A stretch of DNA of 64,000 bases from Sedimentisphaerales bacterium (lineage in GTDB: Bacteria > Planctomycetota > Phycisphaerae > Sedimentisphaerales > SM23-30): contig CAXXFK010000035.1 in the NCBI GenBank assembly GCA_963663965.2, positions 11,468 to 75,467 on the forward strand, given 5' to 3'. The position numbers and the translations under genes were made by a program. Shown one piece after another: positions 49,555-58,623 of this stretch (position 1 is the first letter of the stretch; each line of letters begins with the position of its first letter). The notes under the pieces were generated by a model. That model worked only from the letters and a program-made list of their open reading frames with translations. It did no database searches and was not told the origin of the DNA.

Positions 49555-50556
49555 TTATTTCAACGAAATTGCCTGCATGGTTTTTATATTATAGTAACGT
49601 TTGTCCGTCATGGGACTGGGAATTCGCCCTTCATCAAAAGCCGTCACCAGATCCCTGATCGCATCATAAATCGTATGCCCGGGTTCAAAACCCAATTCAC
49701 GCTTGATTTTATCGGACGAAACATGATAGGACCGGTTATCGTCGGTCGGAGTAGTCTCGATGATTACATGATCGCCCACCACGGTGCGAACCCGATTCGC
49801 GATCTCACTGACAGTATGATTTTCATATCCGGCATTATAGATTTTTCCGTCAATGGCCTCATCCGGCCATGCCATGGTCTGGACATATAGATCCGTCATA
49901 TCCTCTATATGTAAATTGGGACGCATCTGGCTGCCGCCAAAAACAGTAATTTTACCGTTATTAACCGCGTGGTTGGTCAGGATATTGACGGTCAGGTCGA
50001 GCCGCAACCGGGGTGAATAACCGCAGACGGTGGCAGGACGCAGAATCAGGGTGACCAAACCCGGCCACTTCTCCGCCATCAGGACATCTTCGCACATGGC
50101 TTTGTATTTCGAATAATCGGTGAGCGGATCGCGGTCCAGGTCTTCAGTGACATCGACGGTATCCTTAATACCGTATACACTGGAGGAGGAGGCGTAAACG
50201 AACCGATTAATTCTGTTTTCTCTGGCGGCACGGATCACGCCAAAAAAGGCATCGTAATTGATCGACTTGCCCAGTTGCGGATCCAGTTCAAAGCTGGGAT
50301 CATTAGAGATGCAGGCCAGATGGATGACTGAATCACAACCTTGCATTTCATGCCTAACCCGGTCTTCATCACGGATATCGGCTTTGATCTGAATTAAACC
50401 AGGATGGTCTGCAACCGATTTGAGGACATTATCCCCAAAGAGGTAAAGATCGTATACTTTCACCCGATGTCCGGCGGCCAGTAACTTGGGAACTAAAACA
50501 CTGCCAACATAACCGGCGCCGCCTGTTAGAAAGATATTTCTCGATTGGACACTCAT
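49555..50556 (-). CDS. NAD-dependent epimerase/dehydratase (extended SDR)
   Basis: TGGAGYVGS, ASSSSVYG, YSKYK, RPATVCG. Confidence 0.93.
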   Translation of the reverse strand: MSVQSRNIFLTGGAGYVGSVLVPKLLAAGHRVKVYDLYLFGDNVLKSVADHPGLIQIKADIRDEDRVRHEMQGCDSVIHLACISNDPSFELDPQLGKSINYDAFFGVIRAARENRINRFVYASSSSVYGIKDTVDVTEDLDRDPLTDYSKYKAMCEDVLMAEKWPGLVTLILRPATVCGYSPRLRLDLTVNILTNHAVNNGKITVFGGSQMRPNLHIEDMTDLYVQTMAWPDEAIDGKIYNAGYENHTVSEIANRVRTVVGDHVIIETTPTDDNRSYHVSSDKIKRELGFEPGHTIYDAIRDLVTAFDEGRIPSPMTDKRYYNIKTMQAISLK

Positions 50557-50580
50557 AACTTCCTCTGCAATAATACCTTG

Positions 50581-52758
50581 TCAAATAACCTGCACTGTTT
50601 CAGCTTGAAGCTGCCGTTTCAAAAAATCTTTCCAGCGATCAAGGACTTCTGCTGCGCCTTTTCGCATTGTCATGCTGTTTAAGGCTCGCTGACGAAAACG
50701 TTGCGCTATCTCAAGCCGTTCTACTTCATGTTCAAGATAATAGCGACACTTCTCTACCAGATCCGCTGCGGTATCAAAGAACACGATTTCGCGCCCGTCT
50801 TCAAAATAAGGCCGGGTTGGGGCACCATCGCGGGCCGGATCATGATTCGAGACTAACATAAATCCAGACGATAAAGCACACTCAACCAGACGCTGGTGCA
50901 TTGTCGCCGACTGGCTGATATGCAGATTGATTTTGCTGAAATTATAAACTGATTTCAGCTGTTTTTCACGGTCAATCGGCCCTCGGGCATATTTCCCAAG
51001 TCTCTCATGTTTATGCCAATCATTGCCATATAAAGCCAGATCCATTCCAACATTGGCAATTGCTTCCAGATAATAACAACGCCAGGCCGCTGAATGGATG
51101 GTAATATAATAGGTGGCTACATATTTTTCAATAAATGCAATTAATTCGGGGCCAGGATTTCCTTTGATTCTTCGCAAAGCCTGTTCGAGCAAATCAGATT
51201 CATAGTAACGCAGATCACAATTTCTGGTTGCTTCCTGATGTAACCAGGTGAACAATTTAATAATCAGGTTTCTTGCGCTTTCATCGGTGAGTTGCTGTTC
51301 AATTTTTTTGAGGAAATTCGCAAACATCCCCTCTACCGCAGGATGACCGTGTTTCACAAAACTAATATCAGCCAGGAATTTCTCGCGGTCAGGATGCGTC
51401 TTTTCCAGGGGATAATACATGTTTTCATCTACCGGCAGTGGTAAAATCATGGTATGGTTCGATGGCACCTGTTTGTTTTGCATATAATCTTCTAAATAGG
51501 GACACAAACAGACAAAGAAGTCCTTATGCTCGAAACTCCCGCGCCAATCGTCCAGAGTCAGGATCTTGCCACACTTATCCTGGATATACGCAATAATCGG
51601 CAATTCTTTCGGTAGATGAGGGTAGGTCGGCCTGGCATGGCTGACCATAAACACCGCATCAGGTCTAAATTCATCTAGATATTTTTTGTAAATGGCCGGC
51701 GTCAGGTTTTGAACATCATTTTCTTCAATTAAATACCGTGTCTGACAACCGAGGTTCTCAAAAGCGCGGCAAAAATCACTCGCACAATATTTCAGAAATG
51801 TTGTCCAACGACAGGTCACAACCAGAATTCTGGGCATGATTTTACCATCAGCAATCTGTATCAGTCGCCGGTGAAATTCATCGGAACCATAATAGTTTTC
51901 AATTCCTTCATCATCAGGAACAAGATCATCACAATACTGATCCATATCCTGAAAGAACTTCGTTGCCAGAGCATAATTCCCGACAATTACTGCCGGAGAT
52001 GGATATCGTAATGTACTTAGCAGTTTTTTGCCTTGCCGGCAGGCATGATCTCCAGTTAGTAAGACAAGATTTCTCTGGTTTATTTCATCGCTGAGATCAG
52101 ATAAATACAAAAATGCCCTTGACATGCCGATATCGGGTTCATAAACATAATGTAGCCGTTCCATGCCATGAATCCCTTTAAAAGGGCGCTTGAGACAATA
52201 GCAGATTTCCTGTCCGGAACAAATCGAGCCAAACGCAATCGGCGCTCGTTCTTTTACCAATTTATCCAAATCATCCTGTGTCTCTTGAGACATTGTCATA
52301 AGGATTCTGGATTTCTGGTCATAAAGATGCAGTCCCTGCCACATATTAACTAAGATCAGATCTGGCCATTTGGAACATCGAATATCTTCCGCAAGTTCCG
52401 GATCAATCTGTGCCAAAGCTTTTATATTTTTTTTAAATAATTCATATCCTGCCCGGGTAGCTGCCCGTTCTCGACGATCTAAATTGAGTTGCGCCTGTAA
52501 CCAGATAACCGAATAGATCGAATTTTGTTCAGGAAAGCCCGAATTCTCTTTTACTAATTGCTCTTTTAATCGAATCGCCAGACTATCCACCGGTTTGAAA
52601 TCGTGTTTCACAAAACACAAGACCATCTGAGTCAGACGAACTTGATATTCTGAACAGTTAACCTCCGCAAAACTTTCAGCCAATTTCCTGACTTCAGCCA
52701 GATTACCTTCCGCAATAAGTCGTGTTATTTCTGATGTAAATATTTCAAAATTCATCAA
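50581..52758 (-). CDS. Glycosyltransferase (CgeB/Glyco_trans_1_2-like C-terminus; Maf-like N-terminal motif)
   Basis: LYGNDW, VYNFSKINL, RLVECALSSGF, FEDGREIVFF, KCRYYLEH; LFKKNIKALAQIDPELA upstream. Confidence 0.78.
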   Translation of the reverse strand: MMNFEIFTSEITRLIAEGNLAEVRKLAESFAEVNCSEYQVRLTQMVLCFVKHDFKPVDSLAIRLKEQLVKENSGFPEQNSIYSVIWLQAQLNLDRRERAATRAGYELFKKNIKALAQIDPELAEDIRCSKWPDLILVNMWQGLHLYDQKSRILMTMSQETQDDLDKLVKERAPIAFGSICSGQEICYCLKRPFKGIHGMERLHYVYEPDIGMSRAFLYLSDLSDEINQRNLVLLTGDHACRQGKKLLSTLRYPSPAVIVGNYALATKFFQDMDQYCDDLVPDDEGIENYYGSDEFHRRLIQIADGKIMPRILVVTCRWTTFLKYCASDFCRAFENLGCQTRYLIEENDVQNLTPAIYKKYLDEFRPDAVFMVSHARPTYPHLPKELPIIAYIQDKCGKILTLDDWRGSFEHKDFFVCLCPYLEDYMQNKQVPSNHTMILPLPVDENMYYPLEKTHPDREKFLADISFVKHGHPAVEGMFANFLKKIEQQLTDESARNLIIKLFTWLHQEATRNCDLRYYESDLLEQALRRIKGNPGPELIAFIEKYVATYYITIHSAAWRCYYLEAIANVGMDLALYGNDWHKHERLGKYARGPIDREKQLKSVYNFSKINLHISQSATMHQRLVECALSSGFMLVSNHDPARDGAPTRPYFEDGREIVFFDTAADLVEKCRYYLEHEVERLEIAQRFRQRALNSMTMRKGAAEVLDRWKDFLKRQLQAETVQVI

Positions 52759-53016
52759 AAGCCTGTCTGCTGGTGCAGGGAAAAAATCAAAATCTCTATG
52801 ATTACTAAATATCGGATGAACAACTTCCGATAAATATAGTAATTATCGGTCCTAAGATGAGGATAGCTTAAACAATAATGAAAAATCGTCAAGTACGATT
52901 TACTGGATATAACTCATTAAATTGCAATACGATAAACTTAAATCAATTTATAATCTCAGCATTTTTCATCCCTGAATGCCACGTCACCATAAAAACCTGA
53001 GAATGCTATTAAGAAT

Positions 53017-54342
53017 GGCTCATCCGGTTAATGAGTAGTTTTGGTTATGGATATGATGGATCCGGAGATAGAAGTATTCCTGATCGCGGTAGCCATGAGC
53101 CATTCGTTGCAGGAGGCCGATTTTACGGTTATTGACTTCGACTTTGCTGGTGCTGATGGGATGGTCATACCAATTGAGCAGGAAGGGTTTCCAGAGTTGC
53201 AGTTGTTTGGCGGCATCCAGCAGGATCCGAATCCCGCTGGTTTGCGCCTGGCTGATCCAGCGTTTAAGTTCCTGTTCAGCCAGCGGAGCCGTGATCGCAT
53301 CAAAAAGGAGACGGAGCCGTTCTTTCATGTAATAGGCGGTGGCCAGCGGCTGGTTGAGTTGCAGAGCCTCCTGCAACCGGTGCCGTTCATCTTTGGCGCT
53401 ATCGGCATGGGATTTAAGGTTCTCCGGCGCTTTGAGCAGCAGCCAGCGGCTGCCTTTAAGTACCGCTTTGCCCATGGTATCGGCCTCCCGGTACAAATCC
53501 CGGCGTAAACTGGTCAGTTTGTCGTTAAACCATTTGACCAGATGAAAATGGTCCAGCACCAGTTTGGCTTGCGGCAGTTCTTTCAGGACACTGGTCATAA
53601 AAACCACTGGCCATATCGGTAGCCACCGCGGCAATCACCGCCCGGCTGCGTCGGACACGCCCCCAGAATCCCACCAGGGCCTCTTGGCCTTTGCCCTGGC
53701 CGATATGCAAGATTTGTCCGCTTTCCAGGTCGGTTACCAGCGAGATGTATTTGCTTTTCCTGCCCAGATACAATTCGTCAATCCCCAGATAACGAACCTT
53801 TTTCAGGGAAATCTTTCGGTACCGTCGACCTAGCCAGGACTTATGAATCGATTTGATGGTATCCCAGCTTAAGCCGGTCCGTCGGGCCACCTCTTGCAGG
53901 GAAGCCGCCTGACATAAATCGATGACATACCGTTCCAACGCATGGGTGTAATGCTTCTTGGGGTCGGCAAATGGCAGATGAGGCTGACGAATGGCCCCGC
54001 ACGCCAGACATTTCAATCGGGGAATAGTGACAAGCAACTCCATTTGACGCAGACCGGCGGGTACCATGGCAAACCTCCGGGCCTTGTGACCGAAGTAAAT
54101 GAAATTACGGGAGTTACAACAAGGGCAACGCAGACTATCCGCCGGCAAGATGCCGTGAATCACGCTCTTGCCCGCAAAAATATTCTGTCTTTTGGTATTG
54201 AACACCTCGAACACCAAAAGTATGATACAACATACTTGTGGACATGACTTTAGCTCCTAATATGAGGTTTTATTTTTTTCCTCAAACAGTAAAGTCATGT
54301 CTCTCTTTTTGCAACATTAACTACTCATTTTTCGGAAGAACC
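53017..54342 (-). mobile_element. ISL3-family insertion sequence (1326 bp)
   Basis: Terminal inverted repeats GGCTCATCCGGTTAATGAGTAGTT / GGTTCTTCCGAAAAATGAGTAGTT; 8-bp direct repeats TTAAGAAT at 53009-53016 and 54343-54350. Confidence 0.93.
53020..54245 (-). CDS. ISL3 transposase (two +1 homopolymer frameshifts as assembled)
   Basis: MSTSMLYH start, CPCC/CLACG zinc finger, LGIDE, ATDM, DHFHLV, VEVNNRKI...HGYRD. Confidence 0.88.
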
Positions 54343-54718
54343 TTAAGAATCACTGCCATAGTTACTATGTCCGCAATTATTCCTTTATTTTTCCCATACC
54401 GTTGGATGCAATTGATTCATCAAGAATGGCTTGGTTTAGGGACCCTGCCGGATATCCCGATTTTGCATTATCTCAATCGATCACTCAGTGCCTTATATGC
54501 TTTGAGTGGATTTATTCTATATTATGTCACTTTTGACATAAATAAATATAAAGGCTTGATAAAAATAGGCTTATGTGCAAGAATACTCTTTGGTGTCACA
54601 ACGACCGCTATTGCATATGAATCCGGTTTACCATGCTACTGGATGCTGCTGGAAGGGCCGACCATAGCGATACTCTGCCTGTTGGGACTGAACTGGTTAA
54701 AACCACACTGATAAGACA

Positions 54719-55500
54719 TTAATTCATACCAGTATCTGTTTCGTCCCCCACCATTTGCGAATAAAGCCGATCCAATTCTGAGCATAGTGGCCCCTTCTTC
54801 AACGGCTACCACATAATCGTTACTCATTCCCATTGACAGATGCCTGAATTCCCGGCCGGCAATCTTTTCACTGCGTAAATCCTCAAAGATTTCACGTAAG
54901 CGGGCAAAACAGAACCGACATTGTTCAGGATCATCCACTTGAGGCGCCATCGTCATCAATCCAACCACCTGCAAATTGGGCAGGGTTATGATCTGTTCTG
55001 TCAATGCTGAAACAGCACCCACCGCTAATCCAAATTTTTGCTTTTCTTCACTGGTATTAACCTGAAGAAAGATTTTAACTTTCCGATCAAGGCCCAGACG
55101 AGCCGCCGCAGTATTAATTTCTTCAGCCAATCGCAACGAATCGACGCTATGGATGTATTCAACAATCGGCAGTAAAGCTTTGACCTTATTTCTCTGTAAG
55201 TGTCCGATCATGTGCCACTTAGGGAAAATAGTACGTTGCGAGCCACTCAATCCCGGCAATTCGATCTTTCTGCTGAGCGCTTCTTTTATCTGGGCGTTTT
55301 TTTTGTACTAGATTTTGCGCTCGTGACTCACCCAACTCGACCTGGCCCATCTCCAGAATCTCTTTTATGACTTGCACTTCCACTGTTTTCGTTACGGCAA
55401 TCAGCCGCACTTCATTGGGATCGCGACGGCTGCGAACACACGCTTCAGCAATATTATCAAAGACTCGTTTGAAATTTTCTTTCAGGGCAGCAATATCCAT
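54719..55500 (-). CDS. yggS: YggS/PLP homeostasis protein (frameshifted as assembled)
   Basis: LIAVTK, LGESRAQ, WHMIGHLQRNKV, GLMTM, LSMGMSNDY, GATMLRIGSALF; extra A at 55297-55304 and probable extra G at 54745-54749. Confidence 0.88.
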
Positions 55501-55590
55501 TTTACAGTCCCGCAGATTATATCAGTTCAGTTAACACAATGAATGCAGGACTTATTCTATTTAAATATTATTTGATTGCAACCAGATTTT

Positions 55591-55693
55591 ATACCCATCG
55601 GGGTTGGAAATGTCCGATCGCTCGCAAGCTAAGTTTTTACTTGTAATAGACTTATTTCACGGCTAAGCGGGCATTATCAATCGTTAATGGTAT
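55591..55693. repeat. 103-bp palindromic repeat, family B copy 2
   Basis: ATACC...GGTAT ends, long imperfect hairpin; aligns with 33168 and 57540 copies. Confidence 0.8.
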
Positions 55694-55795
55694 ATCTGAA
55701 AATTCAAACGAACCAACCCATAACTATCTGGCAATTAAAAAGTTGCCAAATAAGGCCCCCTGAGCGACACTCCATGCGCACCCGAAAATCCGGTT

Positions 55796-56641
55796 TTACC
55801 CGTTTCGCAACACCATTAAAACTAAAAAATCGAACAAAATAAACATTAACACACAAAAAGTCAGCATTACCAGCATGGATAAGTGATCTTTTTTGCTGCC
55901 CTGAGCCCGGTATAATTCTTTTTCTTTGCGGCCAGGCAGATGCAATTGATGTGTTCTGACAGATTCGACAATCTGGGCAATCAATAAATTCGCCTGAAAA
56001 AGCGGTATCTGCCAGGCCGTCGCCATTGCCAATAATTCTTGTCGACTACTGTATCGAACCATGTCCCCTTCAAGTCGAAAAATAACTTCTTTACAAAACA
56101 GGTCTTCCAATTCTTTTTTCGAATATTTTTCGACCAGGGCAGGGTCACCCCAGGTTTCTTTCATGTCGGCATAGGTCAAACGAACCGATTTAATTCTTTG
56201 CGGTTTCTGGCTAATCGTCTCAGACCAGCGAGATGAAACGGCTTTTTTATCCTCCAGTTCAACAAACCGGCCAACCGTAAATGGTTTTTTTATCGAACTT
56301 TTAACCGGCGGCTTACGCGTGATACCCGTCCGCAAAGCATTGACCCGGCGCGACAAAATACTCACCGGCCGATTAAGAGTAGTCGGAGAGGTATGGTTCT
56401 GTAATTGCTGGTCCAATCGACACGCGGATTCAGTCAACTCCACACGATCCTGAATGGATTGGCTGCTTAAAGCCCGGTAGGCTTCATCAGCATCTGTTAA
56501 TAACACGTGCCGGTAATACCGCAACGGCCCCTTTGAAGTTAATCGCAGGTAACGCTCCTGACTGATGCGATAGGCCAGATCAATTCGATCAGACGATTCG
56601 GACTGACTGATTTGCAAAATGTTTTGATAATTTCTGGACAT
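55796..56641 (-). CDS. Hypothetical protein with degenerate J-domain-like N-terminus and C-terminal TM
   Basis: NYQNILQI...IDLAYR...EAYRALS resembles DnaJ helices without HPD; GGAG RBS. Confidence 0.65.
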   Translation of the reverse strand: MSRNYQNILQISQSESSDRIDLAYRISQERYLRLTSKGPLRYYRHVLLTDADEAYRALSSQSIQDRVELTESACRLDQQLQNHTSPTTLNRPVSILSRRVNALRTGITRKPPVKSSIKKPFTVGRFVELEDKKAVSSRWSETISQKPQRIKSVRLTYADMKETWGDPALVEKYSKKELEDLFCKEVIFRLEGDMVRYSSRQELLAMATAWQIPLFQANLLIAQIVESVRTHQLHLPGRKEKELYRAQGSKKDHLSMLVMLTFCVLMFILFDFLVLMVLRNG

Positions 56642-56765
56642 TTATCTCTCCGTTATCCATGATAACAGAAAAGAGGCAGGCACAGAATAATTTTCAAAAA
56701 TAAATCACCTGATTCTCGCATAAAATAAACTGGCTATTTAGTTTGTAAGGAATATATCAAGTATA

Positions 56766-57533
56766 ATGATTAAACCCAGGCCCAAATCCATATTAAAGCC
56801 GCTGGCCATCTGGCTGACGCTCATAATCATTCCGGTACTGATATTTATCATAACTATCTATCTAATGGTATCTTATCGCCCCAAAGCCTATCATCCCATC
56901 CGCATCAGCCCCCAAAATCAACAAATGGTCCTGAATGAAGGCATGAAAAAGGTTGAAGAGTTTCACAATAATTTAACTTCGAAATCTCATTTTTCCTATG
57001 AATTATCGGACCATTTCATTAATCGCCAACTGGCTTGTGATGACAATCAAATCCTGCTGGGAAAAATAGCCGGATCATTCAAGGGTTTATTTAAACAACC
57101 GCAAATTAAATTCGATGATGATATCATATCCATAATGGGAGAGGTGAATCATGGCCAGATTCGTGGCATTTTGACTATATCCATTCAGCCTATGGTAGAA
57201 TCTTCCGGTCTGACTTTGAAATTACTTCCATTGAAAATTGGAGCCCTCAAATTACCTGAAAAGATTCAAACCGAGTTGATGACTCCTGTCTGGCAGGAAG
57301 CCCGGAAACTCTCGGCGGACTATCAACGTACGCCCCGCAAGAAAGAATTATTTGACCGATCCTTCGGTGAATTGGTCATGAAACTTCCGGAATTTCTGCA
57401 ATCCGGTCACATTACCATCAATCCAGTTATTTATCCATTTGAAGACATCCAGGCTCGAATCGACGGCATTGAATCTAACGAAGGGACACTGAAACTGGAA
57501 ATGACATCAAATAACACTAAACCGCCTATTTGA
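56766..57533 (+). CDS. Hypothetical membrane-anchored protein
   Basis: N-terminal TM helix, 255-aa ORF, AAGGA RBS. Confidence 0.7.
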   Translation: MIKPRPKSILKPLAIWLTLIIIPVLIFIITIYLMVSYRPKAYHPIRISPQNQQMVLNEGMKKVEEFHNNLTSKSHFSYELSDHFINRQLACDDNQILLGKIAGSFKGLFKQPQIKFDDDIISIMGEVNHGQIRGILTISIQPMVESSGLTLKLLPLKIGALKLPEKIQTELMTPVWQEARKLSADYQRTPRKKELFDRSFGELVMKLPEFLQSGHITINPVIYPFEDIQARIDGIESNEGTLKLEMTSNNTKPPI

Positions 57534-57539
57534 AAATCC

Positions 57540-57642
57540 ATACCCAATGGGCATGAAAATTCCCGATCGCTCGCAAGGTAAGTTTTTACTCGTGTAGAAC
57601 TTATATCACGGCCCAGTGGGCATTTTCAATTGTAAACCGTAT
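57540..57642. repeat. 103-bp palindromic repeat, family B copy 3
   Basis: Aligns with 33168-33270 and 55591-55693. Confidence 0.8.
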
Positions 57643-57649
57643 TAAACCC

Positions 57650-58402
57650 ATGATTCATATTACCCGTGGCATCGATCTGTATCTGGACACAACGAGCCGT
57701 ATACTTCACAGCGGTTGTTCCAAAAGCGTATTATTGACCGACCTCCCTATGCGGTTCTGGTTAACCTACGCGGGTGAAAGTCATCCGGATACCGGCCTGG
57801 TTGTCAATGTCAGTTCCATCAGTCAGGCGGTTCGCCAGCGGATAGCCGGTCAAAAGTCCCCTGATGGGCCGGTTGTCAATCTGATGATCTGGGTCTGCAA
57901 TCTGATGCGACACTGTTTTGATGAGTGTGAACTGGTTCGCCTGGTTGTAGACATGAATCCCTCTCTATCAATCACCGTCATTCCAATGGAGAATCCCATG
58001 GTTTATATGACTTATAAATACGAATTGGCCGCGTCGCATCGTCTTATCAATGAAAACTGGGAAACAGACCGCAACCGCTCGGTATTTGGCAAATGCGCCA
58101 ATCCATCCGGTCACGGCCATAATTACCTGCTCGAAGTGTGCCTGGGCGGAATTCCAGATGCTCAAACCGGCCAGATCGCCGATCCTTTCCAGGTGGATCA
58201 GATTATCCGGAATCTGATCATCGAGCCTTTTGATCACAAAAATCTCAATTGCGACACCCTTGAATTTAAAGAGCGGATTCCCACCGTCGAGAATATGGTC
58301 CAGATATTCTGGCATCGACTCATCCATCAATTCGAACCGGCCCGTCTGGTCAGCGTAAAAGTCTGGGAAACTTCAAATACATTTGCTGAATTCCGCGGTT
58401 AA
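57650..58402 (+). CDS. 6-pyruvoyl-tetrahydropterin synthase/QueD family, tandem-domain form
   Basis: AASHRL, FGKCANPSGHGHNY, FDHKNLN, PTVEN, VWET. Confidence 0.85.
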   Translation: MIHITRGIDLYLDTTSRILHSGCSKSVLLTDLPMRFWLTYAGESHPDTGLVVNVSSISQAVRQRIAGQKSPDGPVVNLMIWVCNLMRHCFDECELVRLVVDMNPSLSITVIPMENPMVYMTYKYELAASHRLINENWETDRNRSVFGKCANPSGHGHNYLLEVCLGGIPDAQTGQIADPFQVDQIIRNLIIEPFDHKNLNCDTLEFKERIPTVENMVQIFWHRLIHQFEPARLVSVKVWETSNTFAEFRG

Positions 58403-58581
58403 GGAACCGTTCATTAATAAATACTTCATTTCTCATCGCATCTTGCCGTCATCTTCAGCCGCTTCTCAATCGCGAAATCCTCGACATAGAACAGCACTGC
58501 CTGCGGTTTCGCTCAATCGGCGCGACTGAATCTAACGACAAACTGTGCGATAAATGCAGCATTTATTTATGGACGGCTCCT
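58402..58581. repeat. ~180-bp MITE-like element, family A copy 2
   Basis: Terminal inverted repeats AGGAACCGTTCATTAATAA / TTATTTATGGACGGCTCCT; near-identical to 12010-12189. Confidence 0.85.
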
Positions 58582-58623
58582 AATTTCAGCATGATTTTTC
58601 CGTACGACACGATCCATCCTTTG

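Larger units (their letters stand above)
52976..54711 (+). pseudogene. Small membrane protein gene interrupted by ISL3
   Basis: Removing the IS and one TTAAGAAT copy gives the continuous ORF MPRHHKNLRMLLRITAIVTMSAIIPLFFPYRWMQ...WLKPH. Confidence 0.75.

Noticed and set aside
53599..54180. Programmed frameshifting in the ISL3 transposase
   Set aside because: ISL3 transposases are normally single ORFs, and both shifts match the regional +1 homopolymer error pattern
54636..54718. C-terminal extension of YggS overlapping the convergent gene
   Set aside because: Deleting one G at 54745-54749 gives a normal stop at 54719; probable sequencing error
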